The translations under genes were made by a program, and so were the position numbers. This document shows, piece by piece, positions 8,923-16,496 of a stretch of 64,000 bases of DNA. The first letter of the stretch is position 1. The number at the start of each line of letters is the position of its first letter. A model generated the notes under the pieces. That model did not search any database and had not been told where the DNA came from. It saw nothing but the letters and a program-made list of their open reading frames with translations. The stretch comes from Actinomycetota bacterium (lineage in GTDB: Bacteria > Actinomycetota > UBA4738 > JBBDHU01), in contig JBBDHU010000006.1 in the NCBI GenBank assembly GCA_040880705.1, positions 422,832 through 486,831 on the forward strand, read 5' to 3'.

Positions 8923-9728
8923 CTCGGATACGAGCCGAGGATCTTGAGCATCGACGAATGCCGGCGCATTTCGTCCAGCACCTCCTGCGTGCCGGGCTCC
9001 TCCGCCGCCGCCTCCAGATCCATGTAGAAGAGGTATTCGAACGGTGCGCCCGGCCGGGGGCGCGACTCGAGTTTGGTCAGGTTGATGTCGCGCTTTGCGT
9101 ACGGCTCCAGGCAGGCGAAGAGTGAACCGGGCCGGTCGGCCACCGCGAAGACTATCGAGGTCTTGTTCGCCGGCTCGAATCCGGGATCAGACGATCCGAT
9201 CACGGCGAACTTCGTGAAGTTGTCGTCGTAGTTCTGGATGCGTTCGGCAAGTACTTCCACGCCCAGCAATTCGGCCGCGCGCGTGCTCGCGATCGCGCCT
9301 TGCTTGGGATCTCCCTCCTCCGCGACCCTTCGCGCGGCGCCCGCAGTGTCCAGAACGGGAACGATGTCGGCGGAGAGCCCGGCGAGGAACTCGTCGCATT
9401 GGGCCAGCGCCTGTGGGTGGGAGAAGATGCGTTCCAGCCCCTCGACTATCGCTCCGGGCAGGCCGAGCAAGGCGTGGTCAACGCGCACGATTACCTCACC
9501 GACGATCTTTAACTCGTGCTCGTCGCGCCCGAGGAGGTCGTAGGTTTCGTTGATCGACCCGGCCTGGGAGTTCTCGAGTGGTACGACGCCGAAGTCGACA
9601 TCGCCCCCTGTGACCTTCCCGAATGCCGCCCGCACCGTTTCGCACGGAACGGCCTCGCCGCCGGGGAATACCTCGCGAACGGCATCCTCACTGTATGCGC
9701 CGGGTTCGCCCTGGTAGGAGACCTTCAT
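8904..9728 (-). CDS. pheA: prephenate dehydratase
   Basis: 274-aa ORF with a PDT domain (VSYQGEPGAYSE...TRF) and a C-terminal ACT domain with the ESRP motif (LTKLESRPRPGAPFEYLFYMDLE). Confidence 0.85.
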   Translation of the reverse strand: MKVSYQGEPGAYSEDAVREVFPGGEAVPCETVRAAFGKVTGGDVDFGVVPLENSQAGSINETYDLLGRDEHELKIVGEVIVRVDHALLGLPGAIVEGLERIFSHPQALAQCDEFLAGLSADIVPVLDTAGAARRVAEEGDPKQGAIASTRAAELLGVEVLAERIQNYDDNFTKFAVIGSSDPGFEPANKTSIVFAVADRPGSLFACLEPYAKRDINLTKLESRPRPGAPFEYLFYMDLEAAAEEPGTQEVLDEMRRHSSMLKILGSYPRWNEGR

Positions 9729-9767
9729 CGTCCGTCGAGACTAGCGCAGAGGAGTCGAAATGGACGA

Positions 9768-10247
9768 TCAGTCGGTTGCAGCGTCGAGATCATCACGCTG
9801 GAGGAATTGCTGAAGGTGTCCGGCCATCTCAGGCCGGGCCAGGGAAGCCGCCTGGGCGAAGAGCGTGCCGGGATCGCCACCGACTCTGACCGCCGCGTCG
9901 TAGGCGGCAGCGAGCGCACGCCTGCCGCCGTCCGGGGAATTCTCGCGGAACCCCTCGAATGCCGCGGCGAGGAGACCGGTCAACACGAGATCGCTTGAGT
10001 CTTCGCGAACGGCCAGCGAAGCCATGCGGACGCAGAAGACCGACAGTGCGCCGAGTTGCGCCGTGTCGAACCACGATCCGAGGATCTGCTCACGCTCGCC
10101 GAGAGTTTCGTCCGCGAGGGCCTGGACGAGCCGGGAAATCGCCTGATCCAGTGGATCGGGAATCGGACGGTCGTGATATCCGCCGAGTTCCTCGGGCGTC
10201 AGCTCATCGAGGAGTTTCGCGATCCCGTCTCGAGACTCGCGGGTCAC
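9768..10247 (-). CDS. hypothetical protein
   Basis: 159-aa ORF between hemB and pheA on the same strand. It overlaps the hemB stop by 4 nt. No recognisable motif. Confidence 0.45.
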   Translation of the reverse strand: MTRESRDGIAKLLDELTPEELGGYHDRPIPDPLDQAISRLVQALADETLGEREQILGSWFDTAQLGALSVFCVRMASLAVREDSSDLVLTGLLAAAFEGFRENSPDGGRRALAAAYDAAVRVGGDPGTLFAQAASLARPEMAGHLQQFLQRDDLDAATD

Positions 10248-11233
10248 GCTTCACGGAGCCAGTCGGCCGCTTCTTTCGCGTGATAGCTCACGATCAGGTC
10301 TGCGCCGGCCCGGCGGATCGCCGTGAGTATCTCCATCGTCACCTGCCGGCCGTCGATCCACCCGTTCGCGTCGGCCGCCTTGACCATCGCGTATTCGCCG
10401 GACACCTGATAAGCGGCAAGGGGAAACCTCGTCACGGCCTTCGCGGCGCGGATCACGTCCAGATATGCGAGGGCCGGTTTCACCATCACCATGTCGGCGC
10501 CTTCCGCGATGTCGCTTTCGATTTCCCGTATCGCCTCGGTGGCGTTGGCGGGGTCCATTTGGTAACCCTTGCGGTCGCCGAATTTCGGCGCGCACTCCGC
10601 CGCATCGCGGAAGGGGCCGTAGAAGCCCGACGCGAATTTCGCCGAGTACGCCAGAATCCCGGTTTGTTCGAATCCGGCACGGTCCAACGCTCCGCGGATG
10701 GCCGTAACCTGCCCGTCCATCATCCCGGAAGGTGCCACGAAGTCCGCGCCCGCGTCCGCCTGGGCGACGGCGATCCTCTCGTAGATCTCCAGCGTGCGGT
10801 CGTTATCGACTTCACCCTTCTCGTCGATCACGCCGCAATGGCCGTGGTCGGTGTACTCGTCCAGGCACAGGTCGGCGATCAAGACGGTCTCGTCCCCGAG
10901 TTCGCCGCGAAGCGCGCGGAGTGCCTCCTGGCCGATCCCCTCCGGGTTGTACGATTCCTTACCCTCCGAATCCTTTCGCGCCGGGATTCCGAACAACATC
11001 AACGCCGCGATCCCCTTGTTCGCGATCTCGACGGCTTCCTTTCGCACGGTTTCGAGAGTGTGCTGCGAATGGCCGGGCATGGACTCGATCGGTGCCTGCT
11101 CCTCGATCCCTTCCTTCGCGAAAAGCGGGGCGATCAAATGCTTGGGGGAAAGGTCGGTCTCTCGGACCAGGCGCCTGATCGCCTCCGTTCTTCGTAGGCG
11201 TCTCGGCCTCGATGTGGGGAAGGATGCGCTCAT
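10244..11233 (-). CDS. hemB: porphobilinogen synthase (delta-aminolevulinic acid dehydratase)
   Basis: 329-aa ORF. The active-site lysine context (MVMVKPALAYLDVI), the GADFVAPSGMMDGQV motif and the length are all diagnostic of HemB. Confidence 0.9.
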   Translation of the reverse strand: MSASFPTSRPRRLRRTEAIRRLVRETDLSPKHLIAPLFAKEGIEEQAPIESMPGHSQHTLETVRKEAVEIANKGIAALMLFGIPARKDSEGKESYNPEGIGQEALRALRGELGDETVLIADLCLDEYTDHGHCGVIDEKGEVDNDRTLEIYERIAVAQADAGADFVAPSGMMDGQVTAIRGALDRAGFEQTGILAYSAKFASGFYGPFRDAAECAPKFGDRKGYQMDPANATEAIREIESDIAEGADMVMVKPALAYLDVIRAAKAVTRFPLAAYQVSGEYAMVKAADANGWIDGRQVTMEILTAIRRAGADLIVSYHAKEAADWLREA

Positions 11234-11991
11234 TTCTCCCTCTCGAACGCCAGCCTGAGGGCGTGGACCAAACCCTCAAGGGTGTGCGGGCTTGCCACTC
11301 GATCCACCTCGAGCCCCGCGCGCCGGGCCGCCTCGGCGGTTACCGGACCGATACAGACTACCTTGGCGCCGGAGGGCGCCACCGCCACGCGCGCAAAGCC
11401 CTCGACGGTGGACGCGCTGGTGAACGCTATCGCGTCGAGGCGATCGTTCTCGATCGCGCGGAGCGCCTCGGGTGGAAGTTCCGAGGGAAAGCGAGTCTCG
11501 TATGCATCGACGCGAACGGGAGTCCAGCCCCCGGCGGACAAACCCTCCTCGAGACCGTCCGGCGCGATGTCTGCTCTGGGAAGCAGGACCCGGCCCGAGC
11601 CCGCCGGAAACGCCTCGGCCAGGGTTTCGGTCGTGTACACCTTCGGAACCAAATCCACTTGGATGTCGAGATCGCGCAGCGTGTCCGCCGTCTTCTCTCC
11701 CACCGCGGCAACCTTCGCCGGGATGGCTGTTTCGAGGCCCAACACCACGAGCCGCGCGACCACCGCCTCAACCGCGCGAGGGCTCGTGAAAACCACCCAC
11801 TCGAACTCGCCCCTCGCGACCTCGCGGAGTGCCCGGTCGACCGGCCCGGCGTCGCGCGGCGGCAGGATCTCGATCGTAGGCGCTTCGATCGGTTCGGCCC
11901 CTTCTTGGCGAAGCCGTTCGGCAAGCGAGCCTGCCTCGCGTTGCGGCCGAGTCACCAGGATCAACCTTCCCTCCAGCGCGCCGCCGGCCAT
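11230..11991 (-). CDS. hemD: uroporphyrinogen-III synthase
   Basis: Start placed at ATG 11991 (MAGGALEGRLILVTRPQ), which gives a 253-aa HemD-sized protein. The track ORF extends to 12186 but that extension lies inside hemC. It overlaps the hemC stop and the hemB start. Confidence 0.7.
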   Translation of the reverse strand: MAGGALEGRLILVTRPQREAGSLAERLRQEGAEPIEAPTIEILPPRDAGPVDRALREVARGEFEWVVFTSPRAVEAVVARLVVLGLETAIPAKVAAVGEKTADTLRDLDIQVDLVPKVYTTETLAEAFPAGSGRVLLPRADIAPDGLEEGLSAGGWTPVRVDAYETRFPSELPPEALRAIENDRLDAIAFTSASTVEGFARVAVAPSGAKVVCIGPVTAEAARRAGLEVDRVASPHTLEGLVHALRLAFEREK

Positions 11992-12911
11992 CAGCCGAAC
12001 TCCCCGAGTATTCGTCGCGCGCCACCGGCAAGCAGGGCATCCGCCACGAATCCCGCTGCATCCGCCGGCAACCGGGCCGAGGCCTCGGCGCGAATGAAGC
12101 TGGACCCATCTGCCTCGAACACGGCCGCGATCAGCCGGATCGAACCGTTTGTGTCCTCGGCGTAAGCACCGAGGGGGAGCGAACATCCCCCGCCCAGGCG
12201 AGCCACCAGTGTGCGCTCGGCATCGAATGCGGCGTGCGACCGCTCGTCGTCTATGCGGGCGATCAGCTCCCGGGCGCGGTCGGCGGCCCCCGCTTGTACG
12301 GCCCCCGCTTGTACGGCCCCCGCTTGTACGGCCCGCGCTTGTACGGCCAGCGCCCCCTGCCCGGGTGCGGGCATCATGTCGTCGGCGGACAACTCGCGCA
12401 CGTGCTCCGGTTCCACGCCGAGGCGAACGAGTCCGGCAACGGCGAGCAACAGCCCGTCGACCTCCCCTTCCCTCATCTTCGTCAGCCTCGTGTCGACGTT
12501 CCCCCGGATGTCGACGGCCTGAAGCCTCGGGAAGCTTCGCGCAAACTGGCCTCGCCTCCGAAGGCTGGAGGTGCCCACACGCGCGCCCTCCGCCGGCTCG
12601 GGGTCGCGGCTGACCAACGCATCGAAGGGCGATGCTCGTTCGGGCACCGCCGCCACGATCACGCCTTCGGGATCCTCGGCCGGCAAGTCCTTGGCCGAGT
12701 GAACCGCCAGATCGATCTCGCCATCCTGCAGGGCCCTGACGATGTCGCCGACGAATAACCCCTTGCCGCCGTCCGCCTCGGGGGCGGCGCCGCGATCACC
12801 CTCGGTCGTCATCGGCACCAACTCGGAGTCGACGCCGAGAGCCCTCAGTCGCTCGGAAACCTCCCCGGCCTGCGCGAGCGCGAGCGCAGAGCGACGAGTG
12901 CCGATGCGCAG
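11991..12911 (-). CDS. hemC: hydroxymethylbilane synthase (porphobilinogen deaminase). The 5' end is uncertain because there is no canonical start codon before the conserved N-terminus.
   Basis: The region translates to LRIGTRRSALALAQA...ELVPMTTEGD...GGKGLF...PAPGQGALAV...GGGCSLPLGAYA, which is unmistakably HemC. The conserved N-terminus begins at codon 12909-12911, right after the hemQ TGA, in the +1 frame. The only in-frame start-like codons there are CTG or ATC. The first canonical starts (TTG 12821, ATG 12812) would delete the substrate-binding N-terminal strand. Confidence 0.8.
   Translation of the reverse strand: MRIGTRRSALALAQAGEVSERLRALGVDSELVPMTTEGDRGAAPEADGGKGLFVGDIVRALQDGEIDLAVHSAKDLPAEDPEGVIVAAVPERASPFDALVSRDPEPAEGARVGTSSLRRRGQFARSFPRLQAVDIRGNVDTRLTKMREGEVDGLLLAVAGLVRLGVEPEHVRELSADDMMPAPGQGALAVQARAVQAGAVQAGAVQAGAADRARELIARIDDERSHAAFDAERTLVARLGGGCSLPLGAYAEDTNGSIRLIAAVFEADGSSFIRAEASARLPADAAGFVADALLAGGARRILGEFG
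12295..12354 (-). repeat. 4 tandem copies of a 15-bp unit (ggcccccgcttgtac, last copy with 1 mismatch), in frame inside hemC. It encodes (AVQAG)x4 right after the GQGALAV motif.
   Basis: Read directly from the sequence: units at 12295-12309, 12310-12324, 12325-12339 and 12340-12354. Confidence 0.9.
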
Positions 12912-12915
12912 GCGC

Positions 12916-13578
12916 TCAGAAGACGTCGGCGATCGCCTCGCTCAGCTCCTTGCGGATCCCCGTGACGAAGGGGGTCTCCTCCTTCGTGAACCGGCGAGCC
13001 TCCGCATCGCGGAGCCTTCGAATGCAATCCACGATGTCGGTAAGTTCATCCGCCTCGAATGCCAGGATCCACTCCCAGTCGCCAAGGCCGAAACCACTGG
13101 TCGTGTTCGCCAGTACACCGGGGAACTCACGGCCCATCTCGCCGTGCTCCTTCAGCAGCGCCGCGCGTTCTTCAGCCGGCATCAGGTACCAATCGTGAGA
13201 ACGAACGAACGGATAGACGTTCAGGTACTTGCGCGGTGATTCTCCCCTCATGAAAGCCGGAACGTGATCCTTGCTGACCTCGGGCGGGCGGTGAACGCCC
13301 ATGAAACCCCAAGTCTGCTCGAGGCTGCGACCCAGCGTCGTTCGCCTGAAGGAGACGAGCATGTTCTGGATCTCCTCTGCCGAAGTGCTCACCCACCACA
13401 TCATGAGATCGGCGTCGGCCCGGAAGCCGACCGTAGAGTAGATCCCGCGCAGCTGCACGCGCGCTTCCCAGGCCTTGAAGAGCCCGTCGGCCTCCTGGGC
13501 CGCCCATTGAGGGTCGGGCGCATCGAACCTCGGATACGCCTGGAAAACCGGAAAGTAGGTGTACGTCTGCTCCGCCAT
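12916..13578 (-). CDS. hemQ: coproheme decarboxylase / hydrogen-peroxide-dependent heme synthase (chlorite-dismutase-like)
   Basis: Start placed at ATG 13578 (MAEQTYTYFPVFQAY), which overlaps the hemH stop (ATGA). The protein has the Cld/HemQ fold signatures WWVSTSAEE, PFVRSHDWY and GLGDWEWILAFE. The track ORF runs to 13761, but that part lies inside hemH. Confidence 0.85.
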   Translation of the reverse strand: MAEQTYTYFPVFQAYPRFDAPDPQWAAQEADGLFKAWEARVQLRGIYSTVGFRADADLMMWWVSTSAEEIQNMLVSFRRTTLGRSLEQTWGFMGVHRPPEVSKDHVPAFMRGESPRKYLNVYPFVRSHDWYLMPAEERAALLKEHGEMGREFPGVLANTTSGFGLGDWEWILAFEADELTDIVDCIRRLRDAEARRFTKEETPFVTGIRKELSEAIADVF

Positions 13579-14501
13579 CACCAGCCCTCTCTCGATAGAT
13601 GATCCCGAACGACGCCGGCAAGGGCCCGGAGAAACTCCGGATCGGCATTCGGCGATTCGGTCCTCACGAGCTGGAGGCCGGCGGCGCGCGCGGCATCCTG
13701 AGCTTCGATGTCTATGTCGTAGAGGACTTCCAGGTGATCGGAGACGAAGCCGACCGGGCACGAGACGGCGGCTCGGTGCCCTGCGGACGCCAGATCGCTA
13801 AGCACATCGGTTAGATCGGGTCCGAGCCACTCCTCGCCCGTTCGCCCGGCACTCTGCCATGCGGTCAGATACTCGGAGTGGCCGAGTTCGCGCGCTACGG
13901 CGTCGGCTGTCCGCTGTAGCTCGCCGGGATAGTCGTCGCCCGACTCGAGGATACGAACGGGAAGGCTGTGCGCGGAGAAAACGACCGGGGTTTGCGTCGC
14001 GTCCTCCTCCGTCACCTTCGCCAGCGCGTCGCCAACCCGCGATGCAATGAAACGAACGAACGCGGGGTCATCGTGGTAACTCTTCACGAACGTCGTCTTG
14101 ACGCCGAGCTCCTCGGCTCTCTTGGTTGCGCGTTCGACGTACTCGCCCACTGAGAACCTCGAATAGTGAGGCGCCAGTACCAATCCGATCGCAGCCCCGA
14201 CCCCGTGGTCCGACATTTGCCGCACGGCGTCCTCGATGTATGGATGCTGGTGCTTCATGCCGTGGTAGGCGCCCACCTGAAAACCGCTGGAGTTCAATTC
14301 TTTCTCCAAGCCCCGGACCTGGTCCTCGGTTATCTCGATGAGCGGCGAACGCCCGCCGATCGCCTCGTAACGGCCCCTTAATTCCTGCAGCGCCTCGGGT
14401 GAAGGCGGCCTGCCCCGGCGAACGTGCGTGTAATAGGCCTCCACGTCGTCCAAACCACGCGCGGTCCCGTAGGACATCACAAGCAGGCCGGTTTCGGTCA
14501 C
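13578..14501 (-). CDS. hemH: coproporphyrin ferrochelatase
   Basis: 307-aa ORF with ferrochelatase motifs (LVMSYGTA, FSAHSLP, metal-binding H/E region). The actinobacterial coproporphyrin-type context is given by the hemQ next to it. Confidence 0.85.
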   Translation of the reverse strand: MTETGLLVMSYGTARGLDDVEAYYTHVRRGRPPSPEALQELRGRYEAIGGRSPLIEITEDQVRGLEKELNSSGFQVGAYHGMKHQHPYIEDAVRQMSDHGVGAAIGLVLAPHYSRFSVGEYVERATKRAEELGVKTTFVKSYHDDPAFVRFIASRVGDALAKVTEEDATQTPVVFSAHSLPVRILESGDDYPGELQRTADAVARELGHSEYLTAWQSAGRTGEEWLGPDLTDVLSDLASAGHRAAVSCPVGFVSDHLEVLYDIDIEAQDAARAAGLQLVRTESPNADPEFLRALAGVVRDHLSREGW

Positions 14502-15520
14502 CTCGCCGACACCTCGTGGACGAGTTCGGTCAATCGGTACAACGAGTCCGGATCGGTGTCGGGCAGAACGCCGTGACCGAGATTGAAGATGTGTCCGGGC
14601 GCTTCACCGGCTCGTCGCAGGATGTCCCTGGTTTTTTCCTCGACGCCCTCGAACGGGCCGAGCAGAGCCGCCGGCTCGAGGTTTCCCTGGACGGCGACTC
14701 CGGAGCCGAGCCTCTCGCGCGCAACATCTATTGGCAAACGCCAATCCACACCGACAACATCCGCGCCGGCGTCGCGCATCTGTTCCAGCAGATGAGAAGC
14801 GCCGACGGCGAAATGGATACGAGGCACATTCAAGTCCTCGACGCCGGCGAAGACGCGCTTGCTGTAAGGCAGGACGTGTTCCGCGTAGTCGGCCGCCGAA
14901 AGCGTGCCGGCCCAGCTGTCGAACACTTGCACCGCCGACGCCCCGGCCTCGATCTGCGAACGAAGCGAGGCGACGATCGCCTGGGTGAGGCGTTCCATGA
15001 GGCTGCCCCAGGCTTCCGGGTCCCCGAACATCAGGGACTTCGTTCTGGCGAACGAGCGTGAAGGTCCCCCCTCAATCAGATAACTGGCCAGCGTGAAGGG
15101 GCCACCTGAGAAACCGATGAGAGGAACGTCGAGCTCCACGACGAGCATCTGAACGGCCTTCTCGATAAAGGAGAGGTCCTTCGGCGGGTCGATGGCGCGA
15201 AGGCGCTCCACGTCCGAAACACTCGATAACGGCCGCTCGATTACCGGGCCCCGGCCCGCCTCGATCTGGAGATCTACTCCCATGGCCGCAACCGGGACCA
15301 TGATGTCCGAGAAGAGGACCGCCGCATCCACGTCCATCCTTCGAACCGGCATCAACGTGACCTCGGCGGCCAGCTCGGGCGTCCGGCAGATCTCAAGAAT
15401 TCCGTAACGCTCCCTGAGCTCCCTGTACTCGGGAAGGAAGCGGCCGGCCTGCCGCATGTACCACACCGGGGTCCGGCCGACGGGCTCGCTACGGCAGGCG
15501 CTGAGGAAGGATTCGTTCAT
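14498..15520 (-). CDS. hemE: uroporphyrinogen decarboxylase
   Basis: 340-aa ORF with the N-terminal PVWYMRQAGR and FSDIMVP URO-D signatures. Confidence 0.9.
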   Translation of the reverse strand: MNESFLSACRSEPVGRTPVWYMRQAGRFLPEYRELRERYGILEICRTPELAAEVTLMPVRRMDVDAAVLFSDIMVPVAAMGVDLQIEAGRGPVIERPLSSVSDVERLRAIDPPKDLSFIEKAVQMLVVELDVPLIGFSGGPFTLASYLIEGGPSRSFARTKSLMFGDPEAWGSLMERLTQAIVASLRSQIEAGASAVQVFDSWAGTLSAADYAEHVLPYSKRVFAGVEDLNVPRIHFAVGASHLLEQMRDAGADVVGVDWRLPIDVARERLGSGVAVQGNLEPAALLGPFEGVEEKTRDILRRAGEAPGHIFNLGHGVLPDTDPDSLYRLTELVHEVSAR

Positions 15521-15560
15521 TGCCTAGATCGTACCTACGACAGCCGGACGCGGCGTTGGC

Positions 15561-16496
15561 TCAGCGGAAAATATTCTCGGCGATGCGAATGGCGCCCGGA
15601 CCTATGACGACGATCAAAAGCGCGGGGAAGATGCACAGAATCAGCGGGAACGTGATCTTGACGGGCGCCTGCATAGCCAAACGCTCCGCGCGCTGGCGCC
15701 TCTTGACGCGTCCCTCGTGGGCTTGCGCGCGGAGGACGCTCGAGATACTTACGCCGAAAACATCGGCTTGGATCATGGCCAGCGAGAAGTTGTTCAGCTC
15801 CTCCACATCCGTTCGCTCGGCTAGGTTACGGAAGGCGTCTGCACGCGATACTCCCAGCTGGATCTCCTGAAGCATGCGGCCGATCTCCTGCGAAAGCACG
15901 CCCGGGACATTCGTCACCACTTGGGCGAGCGCGGTGTTCAACGATAGCCCCGCTTCGACGCTGATCGTCAGAAGGTCCATGACATCCGGCAGCGCGTTGC
16001 GAATCTCCTTCTGCCGCTGTCGGACTCTGCCGTTGAGAATCGTGTCGGGAGCGAGAAACCCGATCACGAGCAGGAGAACCGAGAAGCCAAGCGTCCCCAC
16101 TACTCCGAACTCTCGGAGTCTGGCAACGGCGACGCCGAGGATTAGCCCACCGATGGCGCCGATCACCTTTAGGGCCGCGACACGCTCGGCGTCCCAGCCG
16201 GCCGGGCTGCCGGCCAGAACCAAGCGGTGTTCGATTCTCGTTCGAGCATCGATCGGGGTGAGGCGCTTCGCCACTCCCCCGGCTGCCTTGACAAAGGGCA
16301 TGAATGCCCGCTCCAGGAAAGGCTTGGAAAGCTCCGGCCTCCGAGCACCAGCTGCCTCGGATCCCTGCCCTACTTGTGACTCCAGCAAGCGGACTGTTCT
16401 GCGTCGTTCGCCCGACACGACATCCAGTGCGAAGCCGGCCACCAAGATTGCGCCGAAAGTACCAAGGATCGCGAGGATCAGATAGACGTTAGACAT
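15561..16496 (-). CDS. tadC: Flp pilus assembly inner-membrane platform protein TadC (T2SS-F family)
   Basis: 311-aa ORF with a GspF/T2SSF-like domain (LPDVMDLLTISVEAGLSL...LAERTDVEELNNF) and TM helices at both ends. It is last in the tad gene order. Confidence 0.8.
   Translation of the reverse strand: MSNVYLILAILGTFGAILVAGFALDVVSGERRRTVRLLESQVGQGSEAAGARRPELSKPFLERAFMPFVKAAGGVAKRLTPIDARTRIEHRLVLAGSPAGWDAERVAALKVIGAIGGLILGVAVARLREFGVVGTLGFSVLLLVIGFLAPDTILNGRVRQRQKEIRNALPDVMDLLTISVEAGLSLNTALAQVVTNVPGVLSQEIGRMLQEIQLGVSRADAFRNLAERTDVEELNNFSLAMIQADVFGVSISSVLRAQAHEGRVKRRQRAERLAMQAPVKITFPLILCIFPALLIVVIGPGAIRIAENIFR

Noticed and set aside
9959-11197. 412-aa plus-strand ORF overlapping hemB and the upstream hypothetical gene
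   Set aside because: It is antisense to an unmistakable hemB and has an Arg-rich, low-complexity translation. It is a spurious frame.
12295-12354. A possible CRISPR array suggested by the 15-bp direct repeats
   Set aside because: The repeats are contiguous with no spacers, only 15 bp long, and in frame inside hemC. No cas genes are anywhere in the window.
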